A DNA stretch of 64,000 bases from a virus. A program made the translations under genes and the position numbers. Numbering within the stretch: the stretch's first letter is position 1; each line of letters opens with the position of its first letter. Where the stretch lies: IMG/VR virus record IMGVR_UViG_3300021142_000014, positions 35,714 to 99,713 of that record; one strand, given 5' to 3'. The notes under the pieces were generated by a model. The model made no database searches. It was given only the letters and a program-made list of their open reading frames with translations, and was not told the origin of the DNA. Shown here in pieces: positions 27,298-38,234 of the stretch.

Positions 27298-29765
27298 TAA
27301 AAGTTACTACTTCCCGTAATTGTGTAATTAATACCTGATAGAGAAGGTAATTGGTTGCTTGCAAGTAAGAAATCGCTTGTGTATGTACCTGTAGTAGTAC
27401 CATCAATAGCTACAGTATTAATACTTGTTATTCTTACATTTACCACACCTGCAACAGAAAGAATTTGTGAAGCTACATTTGCAAATGAAATAGTACCAAG
27501 ATAACCAAAATTATTAAAATATTGAGCAAGTTGGTTATAAATACTTGTTTGTACAGTTGTTTGACTATAACTTGATGAATATACTATGCGAATGTTTATT
27601 ACTAATTTTACATAAGTAGCTTGGTGTACTAGAGTGTTAGTACCAAATGGTCTGCTTTGTTGTGTTAACGATTCAACAGTTACAACATCATTATTGTATC
27701 CATGTGTGTAAGTTGCCCATGATATAAGAGTAGGTAATGCGCTTGGCCATCCAGATGGTGGTGTGGTAGTATCGAAGGCAAGACCGGTTGTTTGCAATAC
27801 ACTATTCTTATTATCAGTTGTATCATAAATTGGGTAAACCAATGCTTTACCACTTATTGTTGTGGTAGTAGCACCAGTACCGCTAGCAAGAGATACATTT
27901 TGGTTCATGTAGATACCACTATTAGTTACTTGTGTAATATAAAATTGTGTACCTGAAGTCATTGCACTGGTGGCTAAAGCCATACCTGGATAAAGATTTG
28001 CTAGACCATTATTAGTGGTTACACTTATAAAGTTTGTACCTGAATTAGTAGCTCCAGATGCAACTGTTCCAGTGAATGTAGTCCATGGATATTTATTCAA
28101 AGCAATTGGATAAGCAACTCCGCTGCTTGTATTGACATTGTATAAATAAATAGTATCTGCAATGCCACTAGTTGCTGTACTTAATTGTGATGGAAAGTTA
28201 ATTGCTGGTTGTTGGTTTAATGGAACGTATATATCACCAGATATTGTTGCATTAGTATTTGCAACAGATCCACTAGCTAAAGTATAGTTTGCTGTATTTA
28301 AGTATGGTGTTGTAGTGCCGCTTAAAACAAAGTTAGGATTGAATACAAGTTGTTCTGTTGTTGAATTGGCAGTAGTACCATTGATAAAAATATCTACATA
28401 ATTACCACTTGTAACTGCTGTTGATCTACTACAAGCAGGAAGGTATTCAGACACAACTTGAATAGAATTACCAGCAAATAAAGCAGTATTATTTGTATTA
28501 TTACTAATAGTTAATTGTAATTGAGCTGTTGGGTTAGTTGGGTAATAGTAATCTGTTAAGTTTGTATAAATAACTTGATTAAATGAATTAATGTTATTAC
28601 CAACAAGTTCATTACCTTGTGGATAAATGGCTCCACTGAATGTATTATTAAAAGATAGAGTTCCACTAAATCCAACATCAGGGTTGTTACTTCTTACATA
28701 AGTATAATAACTTGTACCACTTATTGTAGTTACACCACTTGCGTTAACACTGGCACCAGGTAACGCATAACCACTACCAAGAACTAATTTATATGGGCTT
28801 GGAGCACTAAATGTTAATTGAACACCTGAAGCAACTGTATTACCAGAACCTGTTACAACAAAGCTTTGGTTGAAACTTGCTGGTGTTACACCACTAATCA
28901 ATGTAGTAATTCCAGATGCAAGTGCACTAGCCGTTGTTGTCGTTGTGTAACTACCGCTAGCTACAATTGTTGTTCCACTATATGTAGTCCCACTAATTGT
29001 GTTAATCATTCCGCTGTAGGCAACAAGAAGAAATGTGGGGTTGCCTGATCCACTAACCACTGCATTAATTTGCAATTGTTCGCTGTAATATTGATCTTGG
29101 CTAATGGTGTTAACTAAAGAAACATTTGGATCTTGCAGGGCAGTAATAGTATATTTACCTGGTGTACCAGTTGTGTTATTAAAAGCTGTATTTGTCCATC
29201 TAGCACGTAAGGCTGAGTCACTCTCTGGATCTAATCCATTCGTGATAGAACTATTATTTTTAACAGTTGTAATGCCAACAAGGTTGCTTACTTTAGTTGT
29301 TATAGCACCAATAGGTACATTATTAATAGCACCAGGAAGTACAGAAACCACAGGAACATCGACAGAAGTGCTGCCAATTCCTATGATTGCTGGAGCAGTA
29401 GTAGCATAGTAAAGTGCTGAATTGTAATTTGTTCCAATTGGTACTGCTACTTGTGTTCCAACTGGGATGTCATAAATATTGGTTGCTGGAGTGTTAATTG
29501 AGAATGTTACAACACCTGTAGCTCTTTTACCAAGTTGTCTATAAATACCAAATAGATTACAGAATGCGTCTAATTCGATACCAGATTTAGTATTAATATC
29601 ATAACTGTATGATTGAAGGACGGAATTGTTATTGGCAATGGCAATTTCACTAGCCACTGATTCCAATATTTTGTATGTTGCGCTACCTACGCTAACATCC
29701 CAGGTCGGGTCATACACCGACAAAGAAGCTTGTAGCCTAGCGAGAATTCCCGAAGTATCAGCCAT
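27297..29765 (-). CDS. Baseplate J-like wedge protein with large SG-rich insertion
   Basis: SG.ELD...GIYR...RATG.VTF, IPVGT.V, NG.DPESDSALRAR, C-terminal V.GV.NV. Confidence 0.9.
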   Translation of the reverse strand: MADTSGILARLQASLSVYDPTWDVSVGSATYKILESVASEIAIANNNSVLQSYSYDINTKSGIELDAFCNLFGIYRQLGKRATGVVTFSINTPATNIYDIPVGTQVAVPIGTNYNSALYYATTAPAIIGIGSTSVDVPVVSVLPGAINNVPIGAITTKVSNLVGITTVKNNSSITNGLDPESDSALRARWTNTAFNNTTGTPGKYTITALQDPNVSLVNTISQDQYYSEQLQINAVVSGSGNPTFLLVAYSGMINTISGTTYSGTTIVASGSYTTTTTASALASGITTLISGVTPASFNQSFVVTGSGNTVASGVQLTFSAPSPYKLVLGSGYALPGASVNASGVTTISGTSYYTYVRSNNPDVGFSGTLSFNNTFSGAIYPQGNELVGNNINSFNQVIYTNLTDYYYPTNPTAQLQLTISNNTNNTALFAGNSIQVVSEYLPACSRSTAVTSGNYVDIFINGTTANSTTEQLVFNPNFVLSGTTTPYLNTANYTLASGSVANTNATISGDIYVPLNQQPAINFPSQLSTATSGIADTIYLYNVNTSSGVAYPIALNKYPWTTFTGTVASGATNSGTNFISVTTNNGLANLYPGMALATSAMTSGTQFYITQVTNSGIYMNQNVSLASGTGATTTTISGKALVYPIYDTTDNKNSVLQTTGLAFDTTTPPSGWPSALPTLISWATYTHGYNNDVVTVESLTQQSRPFGTNTLVHQATYVKLVINIRIVYSSSYSQTTVQTSIYNQLAQYFNNFGYLGTISFANVASQILSVAGVVNVRITSINTVAIDGTTTGTYTSDFLLASNQLPSLSGINYTITGSSNF

Positions 29766-30210
29766 TGTATAAATTTACTCCATTGTTATCGATTGACATA
29801 TTTAGATTAAGTGTGTTGCCATTTAGTGTGTTTATCACTATTGCAGCAAGAATTGATGTATTTTGTATTGTTACATTGATTGATACAATGCTTTCAATAA
29901 CTTCGCTTTTATTCCAGTTAGAAAGTTGTGCAGTGTTTTGGGCGTTTTGAAGATAAATTGCTTGTTGACCCTGGTACAATTGTAATACTCTTGTTATTTC
30001 ATTAGTTACAGCGCTAACAGTAGTAGTATTTTGGTTACCACCAACCATTCCTGGTAACAAACTACCAAAACTAGGTGTGGTAAAACCTATGCCAAGGGGT
30101 TCTTGAAACCATCTGGTTAGATCTTGGGCAAGTTTGTTACTGCCTACGGCAAATTGGATCTTTCCGTTACTTAACTGTATATCTCCGTTGCTGACTGCTA
30201 TTGTCTTCAT
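29758..30210 (-). CDS. Baseplate wedge gp25-like protein (sheath initiator)
   Basis: NGDI, KL.QDL...EP.G...P.FGS.L...G; position before baseplate J. Confidence 0.75.
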   Translation of the reverse strand: MKTIAVSNGDIQLSNGKIQFAVGSNKLAQDLTRWFQEPLGIGFTTPSFGSLLPGMVGGNQNTTTVSAVTNEITRVLQLYQGQQAIYLQNAQNTAQLSNWNKSEVIESIVSINVTIQNTSILAAIVINTLNGNTLNLNMSIDNNGVNLYNG

Positions 30211-30242
30211 GCTATCTTAGGCAAAATAGGGCTTTTTATACA

Positions 30243-31541
30243 TCAGTATTTGATGATCTTGGTGACTACGGCATATGGCTGCATGATATTGTGGCCAGAG
30301 GCTGTCGTAGCGGTGTTTCCGCTGGTTGTAAGCCCCGTTTGGGCTGCTACAGATCCAGTAGAGCTTGGAACTGTAAAAGCAAGACCAGGAATAGATACGC
30401 TACCGGTAACTGCTTGAGAAGCAATAGAAAGAGATGGAATCGAAAGTGCAGGTATAGTAGCACCATTAACAGTGAGTGAAGGGATACTAACACTAACTCC
30501 AGATAGACTGTGGGAGTGACCAGAGTCACTGGCACTGACATTAATACCTGGAGCTACACTGCTAGTAGATTCTGAACTAATACGAGTTGATTGCACACCG
30601 CCTGCAGGCACTGCAGTACCAATATAGTAACTTCCAGTACTATTACCTGTTTCCCAAAAGCTTCCTGCTGTAGGAGTTATACCGTGGCTGTGAGCACTTT
30701 GGGAAGCACTTGCACCAATATTAGCAGCACCACTTCCTGTATTCCCAGAACTAATACTAGCACTACCTGCTACAGTAGTAGTTGAATTGGTAGTACCAGT
30801 TCCTGTAGATCCTGAACCAGTAGATCCACCGGCTGTATTCAAACTGACAGTATTGCTAGTTCCTGTTGAAGTAGAACCAGTATAACTAGGTACGGTAAAT
30901 GTACTAGAAGGCACCGTAAATGCGTGGGTGTGACTAACTAGAGGGGTTTCTCCAGATACCAGTACGTGAGTTTCTTCACCGCTATAAGTGGCTAAAGCTC
31001 TAAAGGTAAGCCCTGTGCCACTTCCTGCACCAATCGTTGTACGACCTCTAAGATCAGGTACGTTAAAACTAGATCCCGTTCCACCCCAAGTATAACTAAT
31101 GGCATTAAATAAACCGCTATATGTAGTTGTAGAATAACTAGATCCATCACATAGAAGATACCCAGACGGTGCAACAGGGCCAGCAAAATCAAGAAGCGTT
31201 CCTGCAGGTACTCCTCCTGTTGCTGCACTGCTCGGTAGAGGTGCTGTACTAATTACTTGATTTTTAGTTCTATCAAATGTTCCAGCATACAAAAATAATC
31301 TATAAAGACTAGTTCGTTTTTCTACCCACCAAACTTGATCTGTTTGCAATTGAGATAAAGTAACTCCAGGTGGCATGGCTTGTAGATCTATTTCTATTTG
31401 AAAACCTTTTGTATCTAATCCATAACATATATAATTCTGCGCTGCATTAGTAGCTGCACTGAATGGATGAAGTTGTGGTAAAGTAGTAATAGTTACTTTA
31501 ACAACACCTAAATTTTTATTATCTTGGATTCCTACACTCAT
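30243..31541 (-). CDS. Spike-position protein fused to a tail-collar domain and His-rich needle
   Basis: PAGTLLDFAG..APSGYLLCDGS...LF.AI..TWG....FNVPDLRGR (tail collar); HxH motifs; HNIMQPY..V.KIIKY. Confidence 0.85.
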   Translation of the reverse strand: MSVGIQDNKNLGVVKVTITTLPQLHPFSAATNAAQNYICYGLDTKGFQIEIDLQAMPPGVTLSQLQTDQVWWVEKRTSLYRLFLYAGTFDRTKNQVISTAPLPSSAATGGVPAGTLLDFAGPVAPSGYLLCDGSSYSTTTYSGLFNAISYTWGGTGSSFNVPDLRGRTTIGAGSGTGLTFRALATYSGEETHVLVSGETPLVSHTHAFTVPSSTFTVPSYTGSTSTGTSNTVSLNTAGGSTGSGSTGTGTTNSTTTVAGSASISSGNTGSGAANIGASASQSAHSHGITPTAGSFWETGNSTGSYYIGTAVPAGGVQSTRISSESTSSVAPGINVSASDSGHSHSLSGVSVSIPSLTVNGATIPALSIPSLSIASQAVTGSVSIPGLAFTVPSSTGSVAAQTGLTTSGNTATTASGHNIMQPYAVVTKIIKY

Positions 31542-34369
31542 GATAACAATTCCATACCGTAGTGCATAATTTTACCATTTTTTATGGGTGCAGTAAGGTC
31601 TAGTTGTGTAGTAAATCCACCACTTCTACTACCCTGGTGTGTCACTGCCATGCAATAAAATTGGTAATTATCAGTTGTTCCATTTTCGTTTATGAAATTA
31701 ATTTTTACTCGCATACCTGGGTATACTTCTGGTAAAAATGTTGTTTGCACCGTACTAACAAACTGATTTGTCCACTGCAACATAAATGTATGCAATGCAT
31801 AAAAGTATTCCATTGCTTGGCTGTGTACAAATTGTTGTTCTTGTACATATGGTCTCATACCATATTTATCTAAGAATTTACTAACATTGATTAAGTTATT
31901 TTGGAACTGTTGGGTGGATTGAGTTAAAACATTGTAGAAGTTATTATCAAGAGCACTTTGGCTACTTAAACTACCAGGCAATGTACCAAATAAAATAGAC
32001 ATAGTAGTATTATCTTGCACGCTAACAATACCATTGGTCGTAAAATAGTCAGCATCACTAACTTGTTGTCCAATACCAGTTGTATCACCAACAATACCTA
32101 CGTGCGTAGCTAGTTGGTCATCATTGTGATAAAGTTCAAAATCAATAATTTCTACTGGACTTATTTCTATTGCAGGATCGGTTCCATATATTCCGTAATA
32201 ATCAGGGAACCAAGCTACAAAGTCACCATTTGGTGCACTTTGATATAAACGTAAACCAGCACCAAGTATTTGTGTTAAGTCTTTCATCACTGGGTTGTCT
32301 AACAAGAATGCCCTCGGTGTACCAACTAGAACTGATGCTCTAGGGTCATATTGAGGCATGCCATACATGTTTGTGAATGATCCAGCAAGCACTGTAGCAG
32401 CTCTTGCATTAGCATCATTTGGATTAACTGAAGTTGATGTATTGACTACAGGAGATGAATTTGGATTGATACCCGCGTTAGGATTTAATGATATAGGTCG
32501 TCTAGCGCCCATGTATCTATTGTTGGGATAGCCTTTACCCCAATCAACAGGTAGACCACCAGCTATATTATTCCAATAAATTTTTGTTTCGCTTAATGGA
32601 ATTTTTGGTGCATTGGCTGCTATAGCCCAACCAACATTATTTTGAGCAGGTGCTTTCTGATAAGGGTTTGGTGCACCAAAATTTGATGAAAGAGTAATTA
32701 CGTGTTGTGGAGCATTCCCAGGATCTCCTGGTATTTCAAAAAACATAATATCACCCATTTGAGGTGGAACAGTATTTGGTATCCATTGACCATATTTATC
32801 ATTTTGATAACCAGTCCAAGTTTTGTTTAATCCGCTTGCAGAAGTAATTCTTACCGGACCACATTGATCCCAAGTATTAATACCAAGTTGAATGTTTGCA
32901 CCTGTTTTGTATGCCCATTGGACTAAACCAGAACAATCAAACGATCCAGTGCCTTTACCATAAGCGCCTGGGTTTTCTCTTGTTGGACCTTTACTTGAAT
33001 CATTATTCTCAGTATATGCATCGCCAAGTTGTCCTCTCATCAATGTAATAACGTTTGTTACTCCACCTTCTATAACTGTGGCATTCGTTGATGAATCAGC
33101 AGTAGTTTGTGATTGAGAATTGATTAATGTAGTACTAAAATCTTTTAGTATACCAACGCTTACTTTTGTTTGATCTGCCCATGATATTCTTACGTTAGCT
33201 GGGCTTGGGGTTGTTGTTCCAGTCCAAGCAGTCGGATCTCCAGTTTTTCCATTAAGAAATGCCAGAACTCCTGGGTGTATTTGTGCATAATCTACAGTGG
33301 GATCGTAAACAGCTTGACCATTTTTAGTCCCATCTATTTGTTGTGGAACACTTGTTGCTCTAAGAACAACTGCTTTATCAGCTTCAAAATTTTGTACTAA
33401 TAACAATCTTCCATCGTAAGAATTATTAACATGGTTGTAAGAAATAAATTGTTTAGCAGCACTAACTCCTGATGCAGGCATGTTTGGTGTTTTTAAATAT
33501 GACCATGGGAGTGAGCAATAAAATATACCTTTTGTATCACCAGTTGTACTATTAATTTGATTAATATTTACTGGGTTTAATGGGTTACTACCTGGTTTGT
33601 TTTTGTCATTGGCACCAGGTAATATAGTTTTAGTAACAAATGCTTTAGCTTGACTAACATTAAAATCAGTACCACCAGTTGCAGGTGCTTGGTTGTTAGT
33701 TACGTTAGTACCTGTTGTAACACTTTGACCACTGGTTACACCAGCTGCTCCTATAGCTTTACTTATTGATGCAAATACGTTTTGATTTAGACCATTAGAA
33801 CTAAGCAACGTTGAATAACAACGACTCATAAAATCTACAAAAGTATTTGGAATTGATTGGATATGGATAGCACTTGGGTTCCAACCAACAACTTTATACA
33901 AAAGATTAACTATTGCTTGAGCTACTCCACCGTCATTAAGTGTTTTATTACTGCTTTGAGCAACAGTATCCATAAAGTTAAGCAATAAATTTTGAAAACT
34001 AACCAGAGTATCATCCCAATATGTTACCTGCAAAATTCTTAATGTGCATTGTGCTTGCACAGTAATTGGAACAGGAACTATTGTTTCAAGTGGAGCATAA
34101 GTTACAAATCCAGTAAAAACTTGTACAGATTTAATTCTTTTTAAAAATACTGTAATGCGATCCATTGTTTTGATAGCATTAGTACCATCATAATTATATT
34201 TTTTATTAGGATTGTTTAACGTACAACTAAACGTACTCACAGCATTTACTTGTCTTGTTAAAGTAAAATCAATTAAATCAGAAGATACGTCTTGAACTCC
34301 GTTATCGTTTCCTATTACAACAGTAACGTCAGGAGTATAGAAAAAGTTTTGCGAAGAATTAGTAGCCAT
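31538..34369 (-). CDS. Baseplate hub with NlpC/P60 peptidoglycan hydrolase domain
   Basis: Hub N- and C-terminal regions (L.NP, VFTG.V; PE.YPGMR...V.H...GGFTT); FDCSGLVQWAY...GD..FF...HV NlpC/P60 core. Confidence 0.85.
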   Translation of the reverse strand: MATNSSQNFFYTPDVTVVIGNDNGVQDVSSDLIDFTLTRQVNAVSTFSCTLNNPNKKYNYDGTNAIKTMDRITVFLKRIKSVQVFTGFVTYAPLETIVPVPITVQAQCTLRILQVTYWDDTLVSFQNLLLNFMDTVAQSSNKTLNDGGVAQAIVNLLYKVVGWNPSAIHIQSIPNTFVDFMSRCYSTLLSSNGLNQNVFASISKAIGAAGVTSGQSVTTGTNVTNNQAPATGGTDFNVSQAKAFVTKTILPGANDKNKPGSNPLNPVNINQINSTTGDTKGIFYCSLPWSYLKTPNMPASGVSAAKQFISYNHVNNSYDGRLLLVQNFEADKAVVLRATSVPQQIDGTKNGQAVYDPTVDYAQIHPGVLAFLNGKTGDPTAWTGTTTPSPANVRISWADQTKVSVGILKDFSTTLINSQSQTTADSSTNATVIEGGVTNVITLMRGQLGDAYTENNDSSKGPTRENPGAYGKGTGSFDCSGLVQWAYKTGANIQLGINTWDQCGPVRITSASGLNKTWTGYQNDKYGQWIPNTVPPQMGDIMFFEIPGDPGNAPQHVITLSSNFGAPNPYQKAPAQNNVGWAIAANAPKIPLSETKIYWNNIAGGLPVDWGKGYPNNRYMGARRPISLNPNAGINPNSSPVVNTSTSVNPNDANARAATVLAGSFTNMYGMPQYDPRASVLVGTPRAFLLDNPVMKDLTQILGAGLRLYQSAPNGDFVAWFPDYYGIYGTDPAIEISPVEIIDFELYHNDDQLATHVGIVGDTTGIGQQVSDADYFTTNGIVSVQDNTTMSILFGTLPGSLSSQSALDNNFYNVLTQSTQQFQNNLINVSKFLDKYGMRPYVQEQQFVHSQAMEYFYALHTFMLQWTNQFVSTVQTTFLPEVYPGMRVKINFINENGTTDNYQFYCMAVTHQGSRSGGFTTQLDLTAPIKNGKIMHYGMELLS

Positions 34370-35046
34370 TATGAGGGCATACCCTTGATAGTATTAGATA
34401 TTGCTGCCAATCCGCTAACAGTGGTAGCAGAAGTATCAATCCAATTAAGTCCATAAGATTGTTGATCTGCTGCTGTTGGCGCATAAGTATTTGATGTAAT
34501 CATTGCAGTAACAGGTGATTTTTGTGAATTTTGTGTAAGAATGTTCATCTGATAAGATGTAACGTATACGTTTCTAAAACGTACATATTGTTTTTCTACA
34601 GTTTGAATCCAACCTTGATAACTTAAAGGGTTTAATGGTTTAGTGCTAATAAGTGTATTAAAATTTGATGATGATTGATCAGAATTATTATGATAATTAA
34701 TAACCATAGGTAAATTAGTTGAGCCGTTAACAATTGATTGTTGATGAATCCATAAAGTATCTTGGAATTTTTGCATTCTTGCAAAACCATTTGCTGGATC
34801 AATATTTTCAAAACCAGCAGCTGGTGTAACAGCTTTACCATTCTGTTTACGGTTGCCGATGGCAGGCCATGCTATAGTAAACTGCAAAAACATTTGAGCA
34901 CGACGGATTGGGATACGACTAAGCTTGTCACGGACTTGTTGTGTCGTGAATTCGTTTTGAGAACCAGTACTAAACGTTTGTAGCCAAATGTCAAACGTGG
35001 TTGTACCTTTACCGTTGTATAATGTTATTGTTGCGTTCCCAGCCAT
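34369..35046 (-). CDS. Tail/baseplate structural protein
   Basis: Between tape measure and hub; tube-like beta pattern. Confidence 0.65.
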   Translation of the reverse strand: MAGNATITLYNGKGTTTFDIWLQTFSTGSQNEFTTQQVRDKLSRIPIRRAQMFLQFTIAWPAIGNRKQNGKAVTPAAGFENIDPANGFARMQKFQDTLWIHQQSIVNGSTNLPMVINYHNNSDQSSSNFNTLISTKPLNPLSYQGWIQTVEKQYVRFRNVYVTSYQMNILTQNSQKSPVTAMITSNTYAPTAADQQSYGLNWIDTSATTVSGLAAISNTIKGMPS

Positions 35047-35207
35047 TGCTGCCAATCCTGATCGTTGTGAGGAGATACCTCATGAATGAGTCCCATTTTG
35101 TCGCTCCATGCAAAGCCATTAAATCCTACGAGTTGTTGATCTGGGTGCAAAATAGGTGATGACACTCTACAATTAGCATAATAATCGTTTTGGTTAGTAT
35201 TTTCCAT
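35025..35207 (-). CDS. Small hypothetical tail-region protein
   Basis: 60-aa ORF filling the gap. Confidence 0.55.
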   Translation of the reverse strand: MENTNQNDYYANCRVSSPILHPDQQLVGFNGFAWSDKMGLIHEVSPHNDQDWQQWLGTQQ

Positions 35208-35210
35208 AGT

Positions 35211-35849
35211 TTATTTCGTTGAAGGTGTAGTTTGTTGTATGATTCCACTGTTAATACCATTAATAATATCCTGGTATTGAAAATTAACATCAGCAGTACT
35301 TAGACCAGTCCATGCAGAACTAAATCCAATTCCACCGCCGTGATTAGTTATATTTTTAATATAGTTTAAAGCAGATAAGTTAGTTGCATTTATAGCAGAT
35401 TGGCTAATAGTTTGATCCACCTGGACAGTAATATTATAAGGATAAGTAACCGTAGTGTAATCCCAACCCATTTGGAAACTTTCCAACCAAACAGCAAAAT
35501 GCAAGTTTTGGCTAGGTACACTGAACATTATATGTTTCTTATGGGAGTTTTGATCATCTTGCATTGTTTTAAATTGTTCAAACATTTTTAACAATGCACC
35601 TCTGCTACCAGCATCACCTTGTATATCTACAGTAGTAATATTTACTGATAATATTTGAGTTACACGGCCAGCAATGGTGCTATAACTTTGCGTATTTAAG
35701 CTATAATTCCAATTGAGTGAATTTAAATTAAATGGGAAATTATATGTTGTATTAGTGTAAGTATCAACAAATGTAGCTACAGCAGGGACAATTGGTTCCT
35801 GATATGGTAGATAACCATCATTGCTTCCGTATGGTGTAAATAATGACAT
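35211..35849 (-). CDS. Tail tube initiator-like protein
   Basis: Directly after tape measure; F..N.NSL.WNY.LNT....T.AGRV.QILS...I.G.AG. Confidence 0.7.
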   Translation of the reverse strand: MSLFTPYGSNDGYLPYQEPIVPAVATFVDTYTNTTYNFPFNLNSLNWNYSLNTQSYSTIAGRVTQILSVNITTVDIQGDAGSRGALLKMFEQFKTMQDDQNSHKKHIMFSVPSQNLHFAVWLESFQMGWDYTTVTYPYNITVQVDQTISQSAINATNLSALNYIKNITNHGGGIGFSSAWTGLSTADVNFQYQDIINGINSGIIQQTTPSTK

Positions 35850-35852
35850 TGT

Positions 35853-38234
35853 TTAAAGTATTCTAGAACTAGTTGGTTGATAATTTGGAGGTCTTTCACC
35901 AGTTTTATTACCTTGATTTCCTGTTTTAACAGCAGCAGTAAATTGGTGTTGAATAGATGGATGCAAACCAACTGTAACATGAACGTTTGAAGAACCCATA
36001 GTCGGATCACGCATTGAACCAGTTAATGTATGGAAAGACTTATTTTTTGACCAGTTAGCAAGTTCAGCATTCCCAGAACTTATTTCATTCCCTGCATCAG
36101 CAAACCTTTTCATGGAATAACTTTCCATCTGTTTGGCTAGTCCACGTCCTGCACCCAATGTACCTATGTCAATAACTCCAGCAGCAAGGTAATCTGCAGA
36201 ACCAGCAACAACATTGAATGCACCTTCAAGACCTTTACCAATACCACCCCAGAATGAGTTACCATCAGATTTCTTTTTACCTGGGTGCGCTAATTGATTT
36301 TTTTGTTGTACAACACCCCATGCCCAGTTCAATGCATTTTGAGGAGATTGTGCTTCTTTTTGATATCCTTGCATTGTACCAAGAATCATTTGAAGAACCA
36401 TTGCTTTATCAGAATTTTTATTAAAGAAATCGTTCTTACCCTTGTATTTTGCATTGGCATCAATACCAGCCCAACCTAATATTTGTCCTTGTGATGCATT
36501 CTGTGCTTTTGCTAATTTTCCTGCACCAGCCGTTCTTTCTGCTGCGTACAATCCTAAGTATGAAGTTCCAAGATTTTGAGCCATCAAAGCGTTGTTTAGA
36601 GTACTTCCCATACCTTCGGTACCAGTTGCACCCATTGATTGCAAAACAAAATTACCTGCTCCAAAATTTGCTGCATTGACACCAAGCTGAGCAGCTACTG
36701 CTCCTTGAGCACCCATACCAGCAAACGATGTCATTCCTTGAAGATAAGCTTGATTTCCATAGGCTGTACTTGTTTGAGTAGTGTTCTCAAGTTGTCTTAC
36801 TTGACCAAAAGCAGCAGCATTTGCATTGATACCAACACCTGAAGCAAGACCAGCACCGAGTACCTGTTGAGTTTGTTGTGCATCTAAACCATAATTCTTT
36901 TTAAAATTCATTGCTTGGTTTACATAGTTACTAAGACCAGCGCCTTTTAGACCCAATGCACCACCGGACATTTGTGCTTGTATAACATCTTGCATGCTAT
37001 AGAATGGATTTAAATTAAAATCAGATTTAAGGAATGCTTGTGCTGTCATTCCAGCAGTTCGGCCATAATCAGTTTGACCAAATACTTGACCTTGTTGTTG
37101 AGCAAAACCAGTAATTTGACGAATTTGGTTTGCAACATCAACAGCGCTACCATAAATAGCACCAGCCATATTGACATAACCTGTATATTTGGTAAACGCT
37201 TTCATTAAATTACTTCCAAATACATGTGCTACTTGATCAGCTATTTTTATTGTTTTCTTTTCAATATCTGAATAGCCTGCAGATCTTTCATAATAAGGAG
37301 TAGGTTGACCTGTAATTGGATCTGGTATGTTTCTAACTTCAGCATTTTGTTGTGCTTTTTGAATTTCGTAAGGTGATATTCCTGAGTTGCCCAATGCTTT
37401 TTGTGCTGCTTTTGCCAACCGTGAACCAATGCGACCTGTTCCGGCTACTCTGTTGATGTTATTCATCAAATCTTTATATGCATAAGTAGCTGCTCTAGCC
37501 TCATCGCCAACTGGCACTGTGCTATTCATGTTTTTGTATCGAGACAATTGGTCTCTAAGATCTCCTTGGTTTGTGTTGTATGGTTCAACACGATCAGAAA
37601 ACATACCCTGATATTCATCATCATCATCGCTATAGGATGCAGAAGACGTTGGCGGCGGTGGGTTACGTCTTCCTCCACCTCCTACACCAGCAACCGTTCC
37701 TGTATAGGGGTTGCTATCACGAAGCATCATCCTATTCATTAAAGCATTAGGGTTTTTTACGTAACTTGCTGGGTTCTGCAATACATATTCTTGATATGCG
37801 TTGGATGTACCAGTAAAATCTTGGCTAGCTAATGGGCTAGTTCCATAACCATAATCTCTACCTGTATAGCTTCCATAACCATATCCTGGGCTACCAGCAA
37901 GACCTAGCATGCTCATTGCTTGGCCCATGTTGCCACCTAAACCACGAACACTACTAAGAATTTCTTGTATTCTTTGCAGGTTGCTATCAAGAGCTGTTTG
38001 GTTAATCTGAGTAGTAGTTTTTACAATTTCTAGAATAGATTTCATTCCTTCTAGAACATCAAGATTCTCTTGCCAGAATTCTCTCATCTTACTGGCTTTT
38101 TCGGTTAGACCTTCTGTAGCATCATTAATGGCGTCGAGATCTGAACGGATTTGACTAGTAATAGCTTGGATGCCTTGAAATCCTTGTTGGGCGGCACCGG
38201 TATTGGCACCAACTTCAAACTCCATATCAGCCAT
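35853..38234 (-). CDS. Tape measure protein
   Basis: 793 aa, A/G/Q-rich and helical, directly after the frameshifted chaperone pair. Confidence 0.85.
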   Translation of the reverse strand: MADMEFEVGANTGAAQQGFQGIQAITSQIRSDLDAINDATEGLTEKASKMREFWQENLDVLEGMKSILEIVKTTTQINQTALDSNLQRIQEILSSVRGLGGNMGQAMSMLGLAGSPGYGYGSYTGRDYGYGTSPLASQDFTGTSNAYQEYVLQNPASYVKNPNALMNRMMLRDSNPYTGTVAGVGGGGRRNPPPPTSSASYSDDDDEYQGMFSDRVEPYNTNQGDLRDQLSRYKNMNSTVPVGDEARAATYAYKDLMNNINRVAGTGRIGSRLAKAAQKALGNSGISPYEIQKAQQNAEVRNIPDPITGQPTPYYERSAGYSDIEKKTIKIADQVAHVFGSNLMKAFTKYTGYVNMAGAIYGSAVDVANQIRQITGFAQQQGQVFGQTDYGRTAGMTAQAFLKSDFNLNPFYSMQDVIQAQMSGGALGLKGAGLSNYVNQAMNFKKNYGLDAQQTQQVLGAGLASGVGINANAAAFGQVRQLENTTQTSTAYGNQAYLQGMTSFAGMGAQGAVAAQLGVNAANFGAGNFVLQSMGATGTEGMGSTLNNALMAQNLGTSYLGLYAAERTAGAGKLAKAQNASQGQILGWAGIDANAKYKGKNDFFNKNSDKAMVLQMILGTMQGYQKEAQSPQNALNWAWGVVQQKNQLAHPGKKKSDGNSFWGGIGKGLEGAFNVVAGSADYLAAGVIDIGTLGAGRGLAKQMESYSMKRFADAGNEISSGNAELANWSKNKSFHTLTGSMRDPTMGSSNVHVTVGLHPSIQHQFTAAVKTGNQGNKTGERPPNYQPTSSRIL

